From contig CAUYUJ010000050.1 of the NCBI GenBank assembly GCA_963575745.1, positions 62,001-119,044 on the forward strand: a stretch of 57,044 nucleotides of DNA, read 5' to 3'. This document shows positions 1-11,299 of this stretch, one piece after another. Source of the DNA: Prorocentrum cordatum. Its lineage: Eukaryota. The position numbers were made by a program, and so were the translations under genes. A model generated the notes under the pieces. The model searched no databases. It was given only the letters and a program-made list of their open reading frames with translations, and was not told where the DNA came from. Numbering within the stretch: position 1 is the stretch's first letter; each line of letters begins with the position of its first letter.

Positions 1-200
1 GTGCCTCCTCCTAGTCCTCTTTGTCCTCCTCCTCCTCCTCCTCCTCCTCCTCCTCCTCCTCCCCCTTCTCTTCCTCCTCCTACTCCTCCTCCTCCTCCTC
101 CTCCTCCTCCTTCTCCTCCTCCGCCTCCCCCTCCTTGCCTCCTCCTCCTCCAGCTCGTCCTCCTTGCCCCCACCCCCCCCTCTCCTCACATGAGTTTGCC
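1..200. repeat. (CCT)n/(GGA)n microsatellite, degenerate
   Basis: Direct reading: runs of cctcctcct with substitutions; the poly-Pro and poly-Ser ORFs derive from it. Confidence 0.95.
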
Positions 201-502
201 TTCTCCTTCTATCCCCCCGTCTCCGTTTCCCCCGTTTGGTGATCCTCCCTTCCCTCCCTCCACGGAGAACGGCCCACATCTCCTGGGTTCCACTGCGTGG
301 CCCCCCACCTCCCTGGTCAGGGGGACTCCTGGGCATCGCTGCTGGGTGGGCCCGGTGGGGCTGCGCGGGGCCCGATGGATCCGCCGGAGGCCGATGCCGC
401 ACTCCCCGTGGAGGCAGAGCCCGGGGGGCCGCGAGCGTGCACACGCGGCCACTGCCCCGTGTGCAGGACCCGCCGCCGTGCCTGTACCCGTCGGTCGTTG
501 AA

Positions 503-678
503 ATCGGGCGACGAAATCTATACATATCCACTGCTCCCTGGCCAGGCTTATCCTGAACCCAGGAGATGTGTATACGCCCTCCTGGCCAAGCCAGGAGGGT
601 GTGGCGTATACACCGTTGCTGGGTCCAGGATGGGCCTGGCCAGGGAGCACTGGATATGTATAGACTTCGTCGCCCCAT
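503..678. repeat. ~175-bp near-perfect inverted repeat (foldback, MITE-like or hairpin-RNA locus)
   Basis: gggcgacgaaatctatacatatccactgctccctggccagg... pairs with ...cctggccagggagcactggatatgtatagacttcgtcgccc; inner stem ctcctggc-caa-gccaggag. Confidence 0.9.
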
Positions 679-882
679 GAAAGTAGGCATTTCTGGATTC
701 CCAGATTCCAATCTGCTTTTGGCGCCTTCCTACTTCAAGGATCGACTGGCTTCGTGCTTCCCTCCTCCTCGGGGAGCGGGCGGAGGCCCGATCTGCCTCG
801 AGTGCCTTCCTGCTTCACATGGTTCTGCCTGCTTCGTCCGACCGATGGGTACAGCAGTGGGATGCAATGGGGCGTTAGAATC

Positions 883-1062
883 ATGATGCTCCAGCTTACT
901 TTAGCCTAAGCCGCCAGAAAGAATCTCGAGCACCAAGAAGATGCCGTATCCGGAGGGTTTTCACGTGTGGGGCTCTGGGAGGCGAGACTCGCTCGACGCT
1001 GTTTCGATACGTCTCTAGGTGCTCGAAATTATTTCTGGGATTTGGTCCTTAAGTACGACGGG
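883..1062. repeat. Dispersed repeat family A, copy 1 (copy 2 at ~7905-8091)
   Basis: Both copies share atgatgctcca..tactttagcct, ctgtttcga, gtgctcgaaatta.ttctgggat..ggtccttaagta. Confidence 0.85.
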
Positions 1063-1292
1063 CGCAACATCATGTTCGAATGCCTGTGGAGTTTCCGATG
1101 GCGTTCTCGGGCGCCCCCCCCACGATGGTCCCTGAGCGCCCCGAAGCGCCCTGCCCGTGGGCGCCTCGAGGCACGCTCCCCCTGAGCCCCCAGGCCTGAG
1201 CGCGGCGGCGGACGTGTCAGAGGCAGACGCAAACGAAAACGGTGTAGTGATTGCCTTTGAGGGCCCCGCTGCACGTGGTCGTTCTTTATTCG

Positions 1293-1520
1293 TTGTTTTG
1301 CCGGTCGGCGCGGGCCCTCGCACCCCCCTTTCCTCCCCCCTCCCCATGGAGTAGATCTTGGCTGTCTTTTGGCGACCGTCTCGAGCAGGTGGAGCCTCCC
1401 CCATGATGGACGCAAAGTTGCAGACAGTCGCACTGAGCAGAGGTCCGGAGCCAGAACCCCCCCCCTGCCCCCCCCCCCTTCGCCAAATGTCCCAACGCCG
1501 TATGAGAAGGCGCTCACGTT
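1293..1520. repeat. Dispersed repeat family B, copy 1 (others at ~6603-6810 and ~7014-7240)
   Basis: Shared ttgttttgccg.tcggcgcgggccctcgcacccccc...tcgagcaggtggagcc...gcagaggtccggagccaga.ccccc in three copies. Confidence 0.85.
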
Positions 1521-1584
1521 GCCTCCGAGGGCCCAGCCGCGGAGGGTGGTCGCGGGACCTCTCGAAGAGGTCCCGCGACCACCC

Positions 1585-1606
1585 TCCGCAGCGATTTTGG
1601 CTCCAG
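1585..1606 (+). other. Relic dinoflagellate spliced leader (DinoSL), copy 1
   Basis: TCCGCAGCGATTTTGGCTCCAG vs DinoSL TCCGTAGCCATTTTGGCTCAAG: 19/22 identical, just upstream of the PPR ORF. Confidence 0.85.
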
Positions 1607-1609
1607 GGC

Positions 1610-1630
1610 TCCGCAGCAATTCGGCTCAAT
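1610..1630 (+). other. Relic DinoSL, copy 2 (more degenerate)
   Basis: TCCGCAGCAATTCGGCTCAAT aligns to DinoSL with a 1-nt gap and about 4 substitutions; overlaps the ATG at 1629. Confidence 0.6.
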
Positions 1631-2948
1631 GCCGATGGGCTTTGTAACCCACATGCTTCTACCATGTAGGATACCGCTTTGTGCTGGAGCTGTCGTGGCA
1701 CTTGCAAGCGGCACCGTTCTGTGCAGCACTCCTGGCGACACAACAAGTTATGCGTCATGGCTCCTGTGGGTCACAGCTAGTCTTCTGTCCTATTTCCTTG
1801 GTCGCTACGCTTCAATGATCACGGGCTTCAACGCCAGAGTGGTGCAGTTGTTCACCACAAGTTCGGTGACAGACAGCAGTGCTTGCGATGGTGGGCAGCA
1901 GTCCAACCCTGCAGCTACCACTCAGGACGGTTGTCGCCCGAGGAAGAAGGATCATGCCGTATCCGAGTATCCCATGGGACAGGAGCAACATCGAATTGCA
2001 TATGGTATGCGTCTCATGGAATGCGTGCAGGCGCAGTCTGTGTCGTACAACGCCCGAACAGTTCGTAAAGTGATGATTACTTGCAACAGACTCGAAGACG
2101 GGGCCACAGCCGTGAAATTATTTGATCTGATGTTGGATAGGGGTGCTGTTTCAAATGCACATGCTATTGCCAAGCCTGTGTCCGACAAATTCTTCAATCT
2201 CGTCGTCTGCACCCTCAATGACAAACGCATTCGGGAAGACGGGCCGCGACTTATTGATTTAATACAAGCTCATGGGCTTTCACCGCCGGCTACCACCCAG
2301 AATCGTTTGTTGCTTGCATTTGGCAATATCCTTCCTGAGAGCATATTGCGGTGCTTTGTTACGATGTTGAACGGTGGTGGTATTCTCAGCATCTGGGCAT
2401 ACCGCTACATCGTGGTGGCCCACCAGTGGTCGGATCCAGCATTCGCGTTAAAGGTCTTCGACGAGATGGAGGAGCTGGGATATAAAGCCGACAGGGCGGC
2501 GTACAATGCAATCTTGGTTGCTTGCTGTCAGCTTGGTATGCACGAAATAGCTCAGCAGTTGTTCATGCAGATGGCAGACCGTGCGCTGAAACCCAATGCA
2601 AAGTCTTATTCTACCATGGTCAAATCGTACTTATTCAACAACGAACCCGAGAAAGCTCTCGCACTTTTCGCGACGATGCGGGGCAAGTGCTTCAAGCCTG
2701 ACCGCTTTGCCTACCACCATGCGATCCTCTCCTGCATCGCGCTCGAGCGCATTCAGTACGGCGTTGAATTGTACGAGGACGCGGTTACGGCAAATATAGC
2801 CCTCTGCGCTTACACGTACGTCGCTCTGACGTCAGCGTGCCAGGAGTTTGGTCGTCATGAGTTGGTTGACAAGATCATGGCAGACATGGCGCGCGCGCAA
2901 GCATCAGATGTCGAACAGGGGCCTGCCTCGCGCGCATTGCGAGGTTGA
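1629..2948 (+). CDS. Pentatricopeptide-repeat (PPR) protein, 439 aa, intronless probable retrogene with hydrophobic N-terminal segment
   Basis: Non-repetitive open frame with consecutive ~35-aa PPR motifs (AYNAILVACCQLGMHEIAQQLFMQMADRALKPN; SYSTMVKSYLFNNEPEKALALFATMRGKCFKPD; AYHHAILSCIALERIQYGVELYEDA). The start codon could be 1629, 1635 or 1653. Confidence 0.88.
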   Translation: MPMGFVTHMLLPCRIPLCAGAVVALASGTVLCSTPGDTTSYASWLLWVTASLLSYFLGRYASMITGFNARVVQLFTTSSVTDSSACDGGQQSNPAATTQDGCRPRKKDHAVSEYPMGQEQHRIAYGMRLMECVQAQSVSYNARTVRKVMITCNRLEDGATAVKLFDLMLDRGAVSNAHAIAKPVSDKFFNLVVCTLNDKRIREDGPRLIDLIQAHGLSPPATTQNRLLLAFGNILPESILRCFVTMLNGGGILSIWAYRYIVVAHQWSDPAFALKVFDEMEELGYKADRAAYNAILVACCQLGMHEIAQQLFMQMADRALKPNAKSYSTMVKSYLFNNEPEKALALFATMRGKCFKPDRFAYHHAILSCIALERIQYGVELYEDAVTANIALCAYTYVALTSACQEFGRHELVDKIMADMARAQASDVEQGPASRALRG

Positions 2949-3562
2949 ATGCGCCATTTCCGACGAGGGTCCCAGGAAGGCACGGCAAGTTGTGTGTTGC
3001 AATGTGGTATGGTTGCCCCACTGGCATGGTGTCTTTAGTGTGCCGTTGATTGCTGACTTCTTCGTATTGCACGCTGTACTTCGCGGAGCGTAAGCAACTC
3101 GGTATGTTGACCAGGGAGTTGTTTCAACATGTTTGTTGATTTTTTGTTTGCCCGTAATGGTTGCAACCCTTCCCCTCAAGGTTTCTTCTTGTCTTTATCA
3201 CATTCCTCCTCCGCCCTCTCCTTGCTGCTCTATGTCCGGGACCATGGGCTGCTCGAGTGCTCGTTCGGTGCCAGTCGCCCTCGGGGATAGTGGCTAACTT
3301 CTGCTACCTGTGTGAGGCGTGCTGCACAGACATCACGAACCTGTCCCAGTTGCTGCTCGATCGGTGCAGAGGTGCCCCAGCAAATGCAGGCATCAAGTCT
3401 CAGCTGTGCCGCATCAGGGGCGGGCGTCGCCTGAACTTTTTTGCTCCCTTCCGCCCGAGGTGTGCACACCTGCGCGGCGCAGAGCTGTCCTGCCTTCTCA
3501 GAGTTCGCGCCGAGGGGGACGGCGGTGCAAGCGCTCGGGAGCTGCCACGTGTCCACGCTTTC

Positions 3563-3564
3563 GA

Positions 3565-3600
<36 letters not shown>
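3563..3600. repeat. (GA)n microsatellite
   Basis: gagagagagagagagagagagaaagagagag. Confidence 0.9.
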
Positions 3601-5019
3601 CTATGGATGGTGCGGGAGGGAGGCGTTGGGAGAGGGGGCTACCCGTCGAGAAGGGTCGGAAGGTGATCTCTGCCCCGAGTCCGACGGAGGCGATCTTTTC
3701 TACCTATTACTTGCGTCTAGCGCGATCCACACCCAGCCCTGCCGTCTTTCTGGTTGACCCGCCGAAGCGATTTATCAGAGCGCTACTCGGCGCGTCCTCC
3801 TCCCGCGGGCGTGCTGAGCTGCTGGGCAGGCCTGCGGGTTGGCTGTGGACGCTGCCGCGTGTGTCGCTTTGCCCCGCCGCCCGGCCGCCCTGTCCCCATC
3901 CCCCCCCTTCTTTGGAGCAGCAACGTATAGTACAGTTACCATGACTGCGTCTATTACTTCTTTCCTTACTCCGATTTTTGTTCCACGCGAGCTCGGGGTA
4001 TCGCAAGCGAAGGATCACAGTTCGGGTGCGCGGCTGGCATCTGCAGCGACCCCGGCGCGTTAGTGGGCGCCTGGCAGGCCATCCCCACTGGACGCCATCA
4101 GCCCAGACTCCGAATCACCCATTGCAGTCGGACAGACTCCGACTCGCACGGAAGGAGGGAAGCTCGTTGCGCGCATCGAGCGGCGCACGCCCAAGGGCGA
4201 GCATCCACGACAACTTCCAGGGGGCACACTGAAATGCGGGCCCCTTTGGTGTCTCCACGAGCGGAGCTTGCGGCACGTCGGGGCACACAGTTGCTCATGG
4301 CACCCCGCCTCGCCAGTCCTGCTGTTGCCTCCCGCTCCGTTCCTGTCATTCCTCCATCCTCTGCTCTGAGCGTCGTCCCTCCGCTCTTCCTGGAACCTGT
4401 TCCGCGGTTCTGTTCGACATAGCATGCGGTTTCCCGCGGCATGGTGCACGCCTGATCTGAGTGGGCTGCCGATATCTTTTGTGATTGAATTTTGAACTGC
4501 TCGAGGAGTCAGTCGACTTCAGCTCTCGCCGAAGTGGGGTGTGGGGGCTGAGAAACGGGGTGAGTCGGCGTGGTGGGAGGTTAACGAGGGCGAAGGGGGA
4601 GGAACCGCAGTGCATCTTGAGAGAGTTGCCGGTGCCATCGGGCACCCCAGCGGGAATCTTGGTTTCACCCTTTCTCAGTTGATCGGCGCTTCCTCGTGCT
4701 GAAACGCACGTTAGGGCTCGAAGCTAGTTAAGAATCAGCAGACCCGAGGTGATTACACTGTGCTATTTTTGCGCCCGGAAACAAATATGTCCCGCGACCC
4801 CCCGAGTAATGATTGCCTTCGAGGGTCCAGCTGCACCCCAAGAGGTCCTGGGATCCCCCCCCGAAGCGCAAGAGAACGGAGGATGCCTTGAGCGAAAGAG
4901 AATGAGCAAGGAGAAAGGACGAGAAAGGGACGAACAAGACGTGCATATTCAACGTAGGGGGAACCGCTTTTTGAACGTGGACAGTGCGGGCAATGGCGCT
5001 GTCCCTAATGAATGCAACG

Positions 5020-5510
5020 CAACCCGCCGCAGGCGCCTTTTTTTATCATGATGTCGAATAAACATGTGTGGGGCGCCGGTGGTTCGCAAGTGAGTCGCGG
5101 GTGGTCGCGCGGTGGTTGCGCTGTCCCATACCGATGCGATGCAGCCAGCCTCAGGTGCGATTTCTTTTATTCTATTGTCGATGGTGGGGCGGGTCGTGGG
5201 TGAGACGTGGGGTGGGTCGCGGGGTGGGTCGCAGAATGGGTCGCGGGTGGGTCGCAGGCCGGTCGCGGAATGGGTGGGGTGTGGGCCGCGGATGGGTCGC
5301 GGAGGTCGCGGGCGGGTTGCAGGATGGGTCGCGGGATGAGTCGCGGGTGTGTCGCGGGATGGGTCGCGGGATGGGTCGCCGGTGTGTCGCGGGTGGGTCG
5401 CGGGTGTGTCGCGGGGTGGGTAGCAGATGAGTAGCGGGTGGGTCGCGTGTGGGTCGCGGGATGGGTCGCGGGGGGCGGTTTCGGGTGGCACGGCGACAAC
5501 AGCAAGCAGA
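5020..5510 (+). repeat. GGGTCGCGGGT minisatellite-containing element (inverted relative copy at ~26600-27190)
   Basis: Tandem gggtcgcgg(g)t units at ~5190-5475; flank motif cccgccgcaggcgcc at ~5023 is the reverse complement of ggcgcctgcggcggg at ~27132 and ~27172. Confidence 0.8.
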
Positions 5511-5997
5511 GTCCGTGCCGCGGAAGCCCGCCTCAGCCACGCACCCCAAGGATGGTGTGGCGCCGCGCGGCCCCCTCCCTCTGACCACATGGTGCGAGTT
5601 GGCCCCGTGAGGGCGACGTGCACGCCAAGAGATATCTTCTGGTAGAAGCTCCGTGGCGGGCGCCTCCCGGCCATGCTGCTGGGGAGTCGACATGCTATGA
5701 GATTTGTGTACCCTGGGTTTCTTAGTGAGCGTGGGGGGGTACCCCCCCCCGACGGGGGTCAACCTTGCCTCGTCGGCGCGCCGCGACGGGGGTCAGAGCG
5801 CCTTCGACGCGCGGTGGCTGCCCGCGACGGCGGTCGATGTGGGGCTATCGGCGGGGGTGACGCCCCCCCGACGCTTATTGAGAAACCTGGAGTATTGTAT
5901 GTTCGCGTCGGAGGTGCGCCTCCAACATCAGCACACCGTGCCACAGTCGGGTCAATGCTGTTGGCAGTGTAGTGTTAGGCCGCGTGCCAGTTGCCGG

Positions 5998-6186
5998 AAG
6001 CGCGTGCGCACATGCACGCGCGTGCACGCGCACGCGCGCGCACGCGCTCAGGATGGGGCTCGGGCTCGAGCTCGGTCTCCAGCTCGCGCTCGGGCTCGGG
6101 GTCGGGCTCGCGCTCGGGCTCGGGCTCGGGCTCGCGCTCGCGCCCGAGTTTGCGCGCGCGAACGCGCGGACGCGCACGCACTGCAC
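5998..6186. repeat. (GCTCGG)n hexamer array flanked by alternating purine-pyrimidine (CG/CA) tracts
   Basis: cgcgtgcgcacatgcacgcgcgtgcacgcgcacgcgcgcgcacgcgc - (gctcgg)n - gcgcgcgcgaacgcgcggacgcgcacgca. Confidence 0.85.
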
Positions 6187-6602
6187 CCGTTTGAGAGCGA
6201 AGCGTGACTACAATGCTAGGACACCCAACCCTGGGCCCCGCACTCCCCACCCCCGACCTTGTTTATTTCTAAGGCCCTAAGTGGGGTGTAGGAGGGGGCA
6301 ACAGAAGCCGTGGAGGAGGGCGACGACTGGGAGGAGGCGGAAGCGTAGAAGAATATCAAGCACGACAACAGGGGAGGAGGACGAAGATGCCGACCACGAA
6401 CAGGTGGAGGAGGAGGAGGAGGAGGAGGAGGAGGAGGAGGAGGAGGAGGAGGAGGAGGAAGGTGACGGAGGAGAGATCCTCTCGGGGCGCGGTGCGGCCC
6501 GGCCCTTCGAGGTCGGGGCTTGCCAGCACCCGCTCGCAGCATCCGCGAGCGTATGAACAGCGTCGCGACCCCCAAGACAATCATGTGATCGTTTTTCATT
6601 CA

Positions 6603-7240
6603 TTGTTTTGCCGATCGGCGCGAGCTCTCGCGCCCCCCCTTCCCCCCCCCCTGGAGTGGGACTTGGCAGTTTTTGGCGCCTCTTTCGAGCAGGTGGGGTC
6701 CCTCCCCGACAGGGCGCACGGTTCCAAACAGCCGCACCGAGCAGAGGTTTGGAGCCAGACCCCCCCTCTTCCCCCCCCCCCTCCCGCCCAATGTCGAAAC
6801 GCCGAACGAAAGAAGCGCCGACCAGAGCGCGGATGCTCCCCGCGCAGGCTCAGGAGTGCGACCGGCGCCGGGGGCGAGAACGACGGGCGGCCTGGGGCAC
6901 AGCCGATGCACGCGCACGGCAGGGGCGTGCCACCGCACGCAGTGGAGAAGGCGGCACGCCAGAGCCACCCACTCCCCGGGGCGACACGCCACACGTGATT
7001 GTTTTTTCGTGCATTGTTTTGCCGATCGGCGCGGGCCCTCGCACCCCCCTCCCGCCCCCCCCCCCCTGGAGTGGATCTCGGCAGCTTTTGGTGCCTGTTT
7101 CGAGCAGGTGGAGCCCCTCTCCCAGAGGACGCACCGTTCCAAGCAGTCGCACCAGGCAGAGGTCCGGAGCCAGACCCCCGCCCTCCCCCCCCGCCCCTTC
7201 CGCCCAATGTCGAAGCTCCGAACAAGAAGACGCTCACGTG
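6603..7240. repeat. Dispersed repeat family B, copies 2 and 3 (~6603-6810, ~7014-7240)
   Basis: Match to 1293-1520 and to each other. Confidence 0.85.
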
Positions 7241-7616
7241 CAGGGGTAGGGGTGCGGCCCACGCCGCGGCGAGAGCGCCGTTCCACTGGGCAGAGCCAGG
7301 CCGAGTTTTTCCCAACTGTGGCCCGCGCTGCTGGCGGGAGCGCTGCTTCTGCAGATGCCCAGGAGCGAAAAAAGGACGTACACGTACATGAATCCACGTT
7401 GGTTTCGAGAGTTCGCATGGCGCGAATGTGCGTATGGCGCGGCCGGTCTCGCGTTTCAAGGGACCGTGTTCATGTACATAGCTAGGCGCGTACGTCCTTT
7501 GTGGGCTCCCCAGATGCAGGGCTACAGCCAGCGATACGGCGAGAGCGCCGTTGCGGCGGACGGAGGCTGCAGGGAGATCATCACATGTTCAAGCAGTGGC
7601 GAAGCGTCCTGGCTTG

Positions 7617-7793
7617 CCTATAGCCCTACTAAACAATGTTCTAAGAACCTTTTGTGGTTTCCACGAAATGTTCTTAGAACATTTCTGGTTGAGACTGTCT
7701 TGTTCTAACACATCGGGTTTATGTTCTCAGAACTATGTTTTTGTTATTAGAAAATCTTTGGGTTCTAAGAGCATTTCGTGGTAGGACTATAGG
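7617..7793. mobile_element. MITE-like element with terminal inverted repeats and internal GTTCTnAGAAC palindromes
   Basis: Left end cctatagccctactaaacaatgttct vs reverse complement of right end cctatagtcctaccacgaaatgctct (first 13 nt 12/13); AT-rich interior. Confidence 0.65.
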
Positions 7794-7904
7794 AATGCCG
7801 GGACGGTCGGTCCCTGCTCAACATGTGGCACACGCTGCAGCGGGAGCACCGATGTCGCTGATGCAGGAGTGCGACCACCCCTGCGACGAGAGCATGGACC
7901 CATT

Positions 7905-8091
7905 ATGATGCTCCAACCTACTTTAGCCTTGATCACCAGGAAGAATTTCGAGCGCCCAAAAGAGTACCGAAGCTCGAGGTCGCGTGTCGGGCCCTGGGAG
8001 ACACTCGTCCGACACTGTTTCGACACTGTTTCGACACTCTTTTCCGGGTGCTCGAAATTACTTCTGGGATGCGGTCCTTAAGTAGAACGGG
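7905..8091. repeat. Dispersed repeat family A, copy 2
   Basis: Aligns by eye to 883-1062. Confidence 0.85.
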
Positions 8092-9954
8092 GTCAACCCT
8101 TGGCCGGAAGATCGACCGAACTTCGCAAATGCCCCCCCAGCGGGAATGCCATTTTCATTGATGCAAGGGCACGGTCCGCGCTGCGGCGAGGGGTTCGTTC
8201 CGTTGGGCGGCGTCTTTGCGGAGCTCGTTCAGTATGACAACCGCTGCAGCGGGGTGTTATTGTTTGCAAGACCCAGAGCGTTCTGATTGGACCCAAAGAC
8301 CATTGCGAAGGCCAACTCGGGACACTTCCTGTGTGCAACAAAGCAGTGTACCTATAGGATATAGGGGGGTGCAGGTGAACACAGCATCAGTGGAGAGAGG
8401 AGAGTAGCTTTCACGTTGTGTTGTTGCGGCAAGAAGAACGAGGCGAAGAAGGATGAGGAGGATGAAGAAGGGTGGAGGAGGACGAAAGGGCAGCGCGGGT
8501 CCGGGGCAAGATTGGCAAGTGCAGAAGCTGGTGATTCCGGATCTTTCAGGGCAGCGGTGCCCGAGGAGGAGGACTGGGAGAAAGCAGGCAGCTGCCATTG
8601 CGTGCCGAGGCTTCCCCTTTTCGACTGTCGCCCCATCCCCTGCCCCCCCCCCTCCCCCCCCCCTCCCCAGAGCCAAGACGCTGGACTGAGGACCACCTCG
8701 GGCTCGGGAGGGGCTCTGGCTCTCGGGCAGCTCCTACGACCGGGGTCGGTGGACGTGGCCGCGTCGCCCCGGCCAGAAGAAGGGCCCCTCGGTTCCCGGT
8801 CCAGCGTTCCTGGCTGTAGCGCGACGGCTGCACAGTGGGAGCCCATGCCAAGAGGCACCGTGCTTTGCCTCCAGGGTGCCCTGGGTTTCTTTGGTTTCGG
8901 TGGCTTTGCCGTGGAGAGCATGACGTTCCCACATCAAAGATCGATGGACGTCCTGGGGTCTCAGGGTTGGGTTTCTTGTGGAAGGTTTCTTGTGGACTGG
9001 CCTCCACTGTACTCCTCTTTCACAGCCGCGACGCCGACACTCCTCGCATGCTCCCATCCCCGTAGCCCGCCCGCTCCGCCTCCCCGCAAGGCTCGCGCAG
9101 GTTGCCATTCTGCGGACGAAGACGCCTGCAGCAGACGGGCGGTGAGCCCCGGGACGGGAGGGAGCCGATGACGGTGTGCGAGGGCGTGGACCAGGAAGGG
9201 TTCGGAGCGAGGGGAGGAGGAGGAGGAGGAGGAGGAGGAGGAGGAGGAGGAGGAGGAGGAGGAGGAGGAGGAGGAGAAGAGGAGGGAGAAGAGGAGGAAG
9301 CGTTGAAGTCGCGGAGCGCGCCAGGGCGGCGCTGCAGGCGCCGCCAGGGGGGGGCCAGCGCCGATCCGAGAAACCCGTGTCCAGCCCCAAAAGTTGCATG
9401 CTTATGCAACTTTGGGCTCCTCGAGCCCAGGAGCGTTCGGACTCGCCACGGGGGGCCTGCCGCCGAGCCATCGGCGATGCGTCGCCGATTCCAGGGCGGC
9501 GTCTTCCCCCCCTTGCGCTGGCCCCCTGGCTGTCCTCGGGCCACAGCTCGGCTCTGCGGCGGCCGCTCGGGGCGACATCTGAGCACCCCCGGAGCGCCCT
9601 CGGCGAGGCGCAGCCGCCGAGAAGCATCCCGAGGCCGGAGGCCCGCCCAGAACCGACGAAACCGGTCGAGAGCCTCAAGCCTCGAACCCGAACCGCCCGG
9701 GGACGCTCGGACTCGCTGCCAGGGCCCACCGCCGATCCGTCGGCGATGCCTCGCCGATTCCAGCTCGACGCCTCCCCCCTTTGAGCGCCGAGATCTCTCA
9801 TCTGAGCGGGCTCCGTGGGTCAGTGCTGTGCAGGTGCGGGCACGGAGGGCTCTGCTTCCTCCCCGAGATCCGACGTCGCGAAAAATTGCGACCTCGTACA
9901 AGATCACGCCCGCAGCCCTAGACCCCACCTTCCTGCGCCATTTTTCTCGAGCTG

Positions 9955-10551
9955 GAGCGAGAGGAAGAGGTGGAGGAGGAGGGAGCAGGGAGGAGGAGGA
10001 GGAGGAGGAGGAGGAGGAGGAGGAGGAGGGAGGAGGAGGAGGGAGGAGGAGGAGAGTGAGGGAGAGGAGGAGGAGTGAGGAGGGAGGAGGAGGGAGGAGG
10101 AGGAGGAGGCGGAGGAGGAGGAGGAGGAGGAGGAGGAGGAGGCGGAGGAGGAGGAGGAGGAGAGGAGGAGGAGGAGGAGGAGGAGGAGGAGGAGGAGGAG
10201 AGGAGGAGGAGGAGAGGAGGAGGAGGAGGAGAGGAGGAGGAGGAGGAGGAGGAGGATGAGGAGGAGGAGGAGGGAGGAGGAGGAGGAGGAGAGAGGAGGA
10301 GGAGGAGGAGGAGGAGGAGAGGAGGAGGAGGAGGAGGAGGAGGAGGAGGAGGAGGAGGAGGAGGAGGAGGAGGAGGAGGAGGGAGTAGGAGGAGGAGGAG
10401 GAGGAGGAGAGGAGGAGGAGGAGGAGGAGGAGGAGGAGGAGGAGGGGAGGAGGAGGAGGAGGAGGAGGAGGAGGAGGAGGAGGAGGAGGAGGAGGAGGAG
10501 GAGGAGCAGAGGAGGAGGAGGGAGGAGGGAGAGGGAGGAGGAGGAGGAGGA

Positions 10552-10583
<32 letters not shown>

Positions 10584-10690
10584 GAGGAGGAGGAGCAGGG
10601 AGGAGGAGGAGGAGGAGGAAGGAGGAGGAGGAGGAGGAGGAGGAGGAGGCAGGAGGAGGAGGAGGAGGAGGAGGAGGAGGAGGAGGGGAG
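9955..10690. repeat. Long (GGA)n microsatellite (~730 bp)
   Basis: Direct reading. Similar tracts at ~6405-6460, 9213-9300, 10890-10985, 14202-14643, 15657-15784, 39170-39222, 40233-40398, 42340-42450, 43395-43745, 43998-44355 and 56975-57044. Confidence 0.97.
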
Positions 10691-11299
10691 CTGCGAGCTT
10701 CCCCCCCGTGGCGCCGCGGCCGCGCGCGCCCGGGGCGCGCCTCCTCTTGCGCTCCCGCGGGGGCCCCCCGCGCAGCCCATCACCGACGGCAGGGCTCGCC
10801 CGCAGCCCCCCCTCGGGGCGCGAGGCGGGCGGCCGAGAGGCGGGTCTCCCCCCCCGATGCCAGGCCTCCTCGGGTCATGCCCCCCCTCCACCCTCCCTCC
10901 CCTCCTCCTCCTCCTCCTCCTTCTCCTCCTCCTCCTCCTCCTCCTCCTCCTCCTCCTCCTCCTCCTCCTCCTCCTCCTCCTCCCCCCGTGCCGAAGGTGA
11001 GCATGGCCCCAGTGTCGAGTATCCAGGGAGGACGCACGGGGCGGCATGTAAGGAGACACACACACAAGAACATACAGTCTCCGATGAGCACCTCCCTTGA
11101 GCTCGCTGGGGTTTTGCCACCGGGGAGACACAGGCCAAGGGGGGCCATTTGGGCTGGACCCAAGTCCCAAACAACCCCCCAATCGGGCTCCACCACCCCA
11201 TGCACATACAATATAGCGACAACTTGCTCACATGGCGCCACAACCGTTGGCCCGTAGTACCCCCTTTGGGAGGTCGCCTGAGTGGTCGGTTCTGTATCG

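Noticed and set aside
9931..9951. Possible SL relic tcctgcgccatttttctcgag
   Set aside because: Needs gaps and several mismatches, and no coding sequence follows.
9020..11257. 720-aa and other long poly-Pro/Glu/Gly/Arg ORFs
   Set aside because: Translations of (GGA)n tracts with no domain content.
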